Notes under the pieces: model-generated | Seen by the model: only the letters and a program-made list of their open reading frames with translations | The model's database searches: none | What the model was told of the DNA's origin: nothing | From: an uncultured Nitrospiraceae bacterium | Lineage (GTDB): Bacteria; Nitrospirota; Nitrospiria; Nitrospirales; Nitrospiraceae | DNA length: 64,000 nucleotides | Direction of reading: 5' to 3' | Assembly (NCBI GenBank): GCA_963706325.1 | Contig: CAVPLT010000001.1 | Coordinates: forward strand, 896,001 to 960,000 | Program-made: the position numbers and the translations under genes | Part shown: in pieces, positions 59,254 to 64,000 of the stretch | How positions within the stretch are numbered: the first letter of the stretch is position 1 | How the letters are laid out: each line of letters starts with the position of its first letter

Positions 59254-59607
59254 CTACGGAAGGAGCGCATCTCCCGCGACGTTCGTGGCTATGGGGGTAA
59301 AAATGAATCCAATGATTGGGACCAGATACCACATAGTGGCCTCATCCGATTGCACGATTCTCACCTTCGTGGCACCGTGTTTTTTGGCCTCATCGGCAAA
59401 ACTCTGAACCGTATTGCTCAGTGTAGCGTCTCCCCAGATCGGTTTGGTCATGAACAGGTGCACGGCATAGTTTCTCGTGTTGATGTGAGTCAGGTGGTCG
59501 CCATCCACCCCTTTGATTCCTCGGGGGTCAGACGCTACGCTGGAGATTGAGCAGCCGGTCCCGACTCCCATGACAATCATAAGCAATGCAAAAGTTATAT
59601 GTCTCAT
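59254..59607 (-). CDS. hypothetical lipoprotein
   Basis: Lipobox GTGC after a hydrophobic stretch; AAGGAGG RBS before ATG 59607. Confidence 0.7.
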   Translation of the reverse strand: MRHITFALLMIVMGVGTGCSISSVASDPRGIKGVDGDHLTHINTRNYAVHLFMTKPIWGDATLSNTVQSFADEAKKHGATKVRIVQSDEATMWYLVPIIGFIFTPIATNVAGDALLP

Positions 59608-59701
59608 CGATTCCTCCTTTGGACACAAGTGCGGTGTGAATTAACTCGCGTGAACTGGAACTTCGAGATGCTTCGTGTAGTGTAGGTGGAAATCTCCCCA
59701 C

Positions 59702-59854
59702 CTACAGTCGTCCGGTCAGCACCAGAATCAACAGAATTAGGACGACCAATCCGAGCCCGCCGCTGGGCGCATACCCCCAATTCGCGCTGTGAGGCCAGCT
59801 CGGCAAGGCGCCGATTAGCATGAGAATCAGAATGACTAGCAGTATGGTGCTCAT
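59702..59854 (-). CDS. DUF3309-family small membrane protein
   Basis: MSTILLVILILMLIGALPSWPHSANWGYAPSGGLGLVVLILLILVLTGRL; GGGAGG RBS; hairpin TGTAGGTGG/CCACCTACA at 59681-59706 overlaps its stop. Confidence 0.85.
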   Translation of the reverse strand: MSTILLVILILMLIGALPSWPHSANWGYAPSGGLGLVVLILLILVLTGRL

Positions 59855-60023
59855 GAGTGCCTCCCTCAGCAAGATGTTAATCCAGCGAGAAACTCTGCTG
59901 CGACAATCGACTGCGCTATGCGAATAATATCTTTGCGTCCGGCTGCCTCGTGGTGCGCATAGACCACACAGCCACGCTATGACCCTCGTTGTGGTTCATG
60001 CCCCGCACATGTGGCGCTCAATT

Positions 60024-61148
60024 TCACTTACCGATGAAATCTCCCACGGAAGAGAAGGGCTCAACATGGTCGCAGAAGATTTTAAATGCGACCAGGATCG
60101 GCACGGCGAGCAATGCGCCGCCGATCCCCCAGATCCATCCCCACAGCATGAGGCCGACGAGGAGCACCACAGGATTCATCTCTAGCCGTTGGCCAAGGAT
60201 CATCGGGGTGACGAACCAGCCTTCCAGGAGTGCCAGGCCACCGTAAGCAGCGCCGACTATGAAGACATGGCCCAATTCGTCGAAGGTCAGGGTCGCCACC
60301 AGCATGACCACGATGATGCCGAACATGTGGCCCAAATAGGGAATGAACGTGACCAGGGCGGCCATTGCGCCCCAGAGGATGGGATTCGGCATGCCCAGCA
60401 AATACATGGCCACGCCGACCAACGTCCCGAGTCCTAGATTGATACAGGTGACGGTAAAGAGATATCGAAAGAGCTGTTCTTCAATTTGTCGCACGATCTC
60501 CACGGCTCGCCGCTTATCCGGCCAGCGAGGGAGTACCTTCACAAGCTTCTGCAGAAATAGGTCGCCCGACGAGAGCAGGAAGTACAACAGAATGATGGTC
60601 GTTGCGGCCCCAATGAGGAATTCGCCCGTCACGCTGAAGAATTTCATCGGCCAGGCATCGCTCTTCACTTCAACCTGTTGCACTTTTTTTGTCCCATCCA
60701 ATGTGGCGGCTTTGGAGAGGAGCTCAGTCGCCTTGGTGACTTCCTGCATCGGTTGTTTGAACACGCGAAGTTTGTACTCGGCTTCGCGGAAGGCGTCTGG
60801 CACTCTGGCAGCCCAGTCAGCTGCCGGTTCGGCCAGTCGCGAGACCCCATAACCAAGGGTGGCCAGCACTAGCGACAGCAGAATGGCCGCGCCCACAGGC
60901 TCGGGAATGTGTAACTGTCTCAGACGGCGCAAGAGGGGCGCAAAGAGCACCGCGAACAAGAGTGCGATGGTGATGGGAAGGAAAATCACACGCCCAAGAT
61001 GGAGGGTAAAAAAGACGGCCAGAATAAACAAACCTGTCAGCGTGACGCTGTGCACATGCAGGTGTGGTCTAAGTTCGCTGTCGCTGACAGCCGGATCGAT
61101 ATTCGAAACCACTGGTGTCTGAGAAATCGTCGGATCGATCGTGGTCAT
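60024..61148 (-). CDS. AI-2E family transporter
   Basis: Multi-TM protein with FIPYLG, P-x-ILGQRLEMNP, WGIGGALLAVP motifs. Confidence 0.88.
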   Translation of the reverse strand: MTTIDPTISQTPVVSNIDPAVSDSELRPHLHVHSVTLTGLFILAVFFTLHLGRVIFLPITIALLFAVLFAPLLRRLRQLHIPEPVGAAILLSLVLATLGYGVSRLAEPAADWAARVPDAFREAEYKLRVFKQPMQEVTKATELLSKAATLDGTKKVQQVEVKSDAWPMKFFSVTGEFLIGAATTIILLYFLLSSGDLFLQKLVKVLPRWPDKRRAVEIVRQIEEQLFRYLFTVTCINLGLGTLVGVAMYLLGMPNPILWGAMAALVTFIPYLGHMFGIIVVMLVATLTFDELGHVFIVGAAYGGLALLEGWFVTPMILGQRLEMNPVVLLVGLMLWGWIWGIGGALLAVPILVAFKIFCDHVEPFSSVGDFIGK

Positions 61149-61197
61149 CGGTTCCTGTCTCCCGACCGTTCCTTCCGCGTCATGTGTCGCGAAGGGA

Positions 61198-62526
61198 TCA
61201 AGGTTTGAGCAGTGTCCTCGCCTGTGAATTGGCTGTGCAGTCGATTGAGGATGCGTCGAATGCCACCGCGGTGCTCTCGAATGTTGGATCCTGATCAGCT
61301 CGAAGTATTCTTGAAAGTATGTGATGGAGTTTTTCCCGCGGCTGTTCGGTGGCGATCAGCGCACCGAGGCGACCGGCCCGCAGTCGATAGGCAGGCTTGT
61401 CCATAATCTGCTTTATGATACGGGTCAAAGCCGAAAGCGAGGCTTCGCCGGCCCGGACAGATTCACCCGCTCCGTATTGCTGTACGTAATCCATCATGAG
61501 GTACTGATCCAGATTGGCCGGAATTCCCACGACTGGAACGCCCGCTGTGAAGGCTTGATAGACCGTGGCGCTGCCGCCGTTGCAGATGACGAGGTCTGCT
61601 CGCTTTGCCGCGTCAAGGCCGGGCAGGTACGGGGCGACCCATGTGTTGCCTGGGAGGTCTTCAGGCGGTGGGTTGCCGGCCGTGGAAACCAGAGCGCCGA
61701 TGCCCAGACACTGCAATGCGCCTAAGACACTCGACAGAAGCTCAGGTCTTCCGGAGGTGCCAAGGCTGACATAGGCCATTGGTCGAACAGGCGGAACGGT
61801 ACTCCACCATGCAGGCGTCTCTTCAGGCGACCAGAGCACCGGACCGAGGTAGTGGTGGTTCTGCGGCCGGTCGAAAGTTGGAACCAAATCGGGCAGGTCG
61901 GCGTAGAGGGTTTCATCAGCATCGGAAAAAATCTTCGACAGGCTGTATCCGATGGAGGACAAGCCATATTCCTTGCGAACGCGATTCAGCGCGGAGCTTT
62001 GTTGCGCGAAAACGAATGGCCTTATCATCGTGAAGAGCGCCTGCCCCAGTCGTGGACCGAATCGCTGCGTGATGGCAAGTTCGGGCACGATGAAATGCGC
62101 TCGTGCATAGGGACTCCAATGGGCATTAGTTACCGTAAGATAAGGAACGGCGGCCGTTCTGGCGCTGATTGAAAGAGACAAGCGAAAATCTCCGATCACG
62201 ACATCCGGATTCAAATCGGCCAAGAGGTGAAGGTCCTGCTTCACATAGCCTCGCAGTTCGTCTGTCCTGTAGAGCGGACTTCCCTTGCGCAGGCGATCCT
62301 GGAACTGTTCGCTGCTGATGGAATGTAGTGGATGAACGGTGACCGGCAGTGTTTCAAAGAATTGAAGATAGCGTCGATCGCAGGCCAAATGAACGTCATA
62401 TCGTTCAGGATCAAGCGCGCGCGCCAGCGCGGCAGCTCTCGCGACATGCGCGAGACTGACGGCCTCGGCCATAAAGAGTATCCGTCTGCGCCGAGGCAGG
62501 GGCGACCCACCGCGGGGCTGATGCAT
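61198..62526 (-). CDS. GT1-like glycosyltransferase
   Basis: ILFMAEAVSLAHV, YVSLGTSG, VICNGGSATVYQA..GVPVVGIP..LDQ. Confidence 0.85.
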   Translation of the reverse strand: MHQPRGGSPLPRRRRILFMAEAVSLAHVARAAALARALDPERYDVHLACDRRYLQFFETLPVTVHPLHSISSEQFQDRLRKGSPLYRTDELRGYVKQDLHLLADLNPDVVIGDFRLSLSISARTAAVPYLTVTNAHWSPYARAHFIVPELAITQRFGPRLGQALFTMIRPFVFAQQSSALNRVRKEYGLSSIGYSLSKIFSDADETLYADLPDLVPTFDRPQNHHYLGPVLWSPEETPAWWSTVPPVRPMAYVSLGTSGRPELLSSVLGALQCLGIGALVSTAGNPPPEDLPGNTWVAPYLPGLDAAKRADLVICNGGSATVYQAFTAGVPVVGIPANLDQYLMMDYVQQYGAGESVRAGEASLSALTRIIKQIMDKPAYRLRAGRLGALIATEQPREKLHHILSRILRADQDPTFESTAVAFDASSIDCTANSQARTLLKP

Positions 62527-63286
62527 TTCGGAACGAGTCGGGATTGGAGTGGCAGGGTCGCCGGCTCTTGAGCAAGCCGGGAATATCGAGCCGCTTGGCC
62601 AACAGCTTGCCGGCCACCATGCGGGTGATACACATCACATCCCGCACCTTCCGGAAATGGCTTTGTCTAAGGTGACGTCCATAGATGGCCGAGACCGGCA
62701 CTGTCCGAATCGGCACACCGATTCGGCCGGCTTCAATCAGCAGTTCACTCTCAAAGGCAAAACCCGACATCGCATCACAACCCGAACCCACCGCATTGAG
62801 CACCGCAGTCGGGTACAAGCGAAATCCGGATTGGCTGTCTGGAACGCGAGATCCAGCCGCCCAAGAGATCCAGAAATTCGCCACACGATTGGCGAGGTAC
62901 CGTACCCAGGGGATGGCGCTGCCGGCGCGCAGACGGGCACCGATGACGATGGCGGACGGATCGCGCCGGTGGAGGGTGATGAGAGACGGGATGTCTCCTG
63001 GGTCATGCTGTCCGTCTCCGTCGAGTGTGACGACAGCGCTCGCGCCTTGGGTCATGGCATGCTGCATGCCCAGCCAGAGCGCGGCAGCCTTGCCAAGATT
63101 GCGAGGATGCCGAAGCACCGTCACCGGTAACTCACGCAGGCAGTCCACGGTCTGATCGACGGACCCATCATCCACCACCACGACACGATCGAGATATTTC
63201 AGTGTCTGGGCCACGACCGCGCCGATCGTCCCCGCCTCGTTGTAGGCCGGTATGACGGCAACATACTCCGGAGCCGATGTCCTCAT
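62411..63286 (-). CDS. GT2 family glycosyltransferase
   Basis: VIPAYNE, VVDDGS, LDGDGQH, DSQSGFRLY; ATGA overlap with the fabG stop. Confidence 0.88.
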   Translation of the reverse strand: MRTSAPEYVAVIPAYNEAGTIGAVVAQTLKYLDRVVVVDDGSVDQTVDCLRELPVTVLRHPRNLGKAAALWLGMQHAMTQGASAVVTLDGDGQHDPGDIPSLITLHRRDPSAIVIGARLRAGSAIPWVRYLANRVANFWISWAAGSRVPDSQSGFRLYPTAVLNAVGSGCDAMSGFAFESELLIEAGRIGVPIRTVPVSAIYGRHLRQSHFRKVRDVMCITRMVAGKLLAKRLDIPGLLKSRRPCHSNPDSFRNASAPRWVAPASAQTDTLYGRGRQSRACRESCRAGARA

Positions 63287-64000
63287 GCCTGGGCTCCATT
63301 CATCGAGATAATCTGTCCGGAGACGTAGGCCGCGGCATCGGAAACCAAATAGGTCACGAGACTCGCCACCTCTTCTACGGTACCGGCGCGTTTCATCGGG
63401 ACCAATCGGCCGATGGCGTCGGTGTCGAAGGAGGCCTGCGTGGCTGATGTGGAGATGATCCCTGGCGCCACGGCATTGACTGTGATGTGTCGTGAGGCCA
63501 GTTCCAGCGCCAGTGCTTTTGTCGCGCCATGGAGCCCGGCCTTGGCGGCGGCGTAGTTGACCTGCCCACGGTTTCCGATGACCCCACTGATGGAGGTGAT
63601 GGTGACGATGCGTCCCCAACGCGTGCGAATCATGGGCAGCAGCAGTGGCTGTGTGATGTTGAAGAATCCGTTCAGCGACACATCGATTACCCTGCGCCAT
63701 TGTTCTCGGCTCATGCCGGCCATGGGAGCGTCGTCATAGATGCCGGCATTGTTCACGAGCACCTGGATAGGACCGGCGGTTTGCAGTTGTTCGAGGGCCC
63801 GTTGGGTCTGCTCGATATCCGTGACATCGAAGCAGATCGCCTCAGCCTGGCCTCCCTTGTCTCGAATGGACTGGGCAACCGCCTCAGCGCGCGCTCCGTT
63901 CGTGCAGCCATGGACGATGACGTGCAAGCCGGTTTCGCCCAGTGCCAAGCAAATGGCTCGTCCGATGTCGCCGCTTCCGCCGGTCACAAGCGCGCGCTTC
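63283..64000 (-). CDS. fabG: 3-oxoacyl-ACP reductase (start just beyond window)
   Basis: KRALVTGGSGDIG, NNAG, YAAAK, VNAVAPG SDR motifs. Confidence 0.88.
   Translation of the reverse strand, partial: KRALVTGGSGDIGRAICLALGETGLHVIVHGCTNGARAEAVAQSIRDKGGQAEAICFDVTDIEQTQRALEQLQTAGPIQVLVNNAGIYDDAPMAGMSREQWRRVIDVSLNGFFNITQPLLLPMIRTRWGRIVTITSISGVIGNRGQVNYAAAKAGLHGATKALALELASRHITVNAVAPGIISTSATQASFDTDAIGRLVPMKRAGTVEEVASLVTYLVSDAAAYVSGQIISMNGAQA

Noticed and set aside
63287..63700. N-terminal extension of the GT2 ORF
   Set aside because: Alternative frame of fabG; the real start is the ATGA overlap at 63286.

Overview
Bacterial chromosomal window, probably from a Nitrospira-like organism (inferred from gene content and intergenic inverted-repeat elements; not verifiable here). 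The left end is a housekeeping block (pdxA, rsmA, ftsK, lolA, a 2OG-Fe(II) oxygenase). The right end holds a USP/radical-SAM operon, ubiE, uvrA, small envelope proteins and the tail of a fabG/glycosyltransferase cluster. Between them (~6.2-47.7 kb) lies a ~41 kb block entirely on the minus strand, devoted to secretion and signalling. It contains (i) a RoxA-like di-haem cytochrome c, a V4R-GAF hybrid kinase and a FadL channel; (ii) small Cys-rich secreted proteins, four tandem TpsA (filamentous-haemagglutinin-type) genes with constant N- and C-termini and variable middles, a TpsB, an exported TPR-CHAT protease and two DUF928 proteins; and (iii) a TonB-dependent receptor, an output-less REC-8xPAS protein, an orphan solute-binding protein, kinases and a response regulator. 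Five sigma54-type (-24/-12) promoters inside this block each have a 16-bp palindrome GTATC-N6-GATAC ~120-200 bp upstream. At three of them it occurs as a tandem pair exactly 21 bp apart. This suggests one unrecognised enhancer-binding-protein regulon tying much of the block together. Several outer-membrane/secreted genes carry small indels, which may be sequencing errors or decay. No rRNA, tRNA, CRISPR array or transposase was seen.
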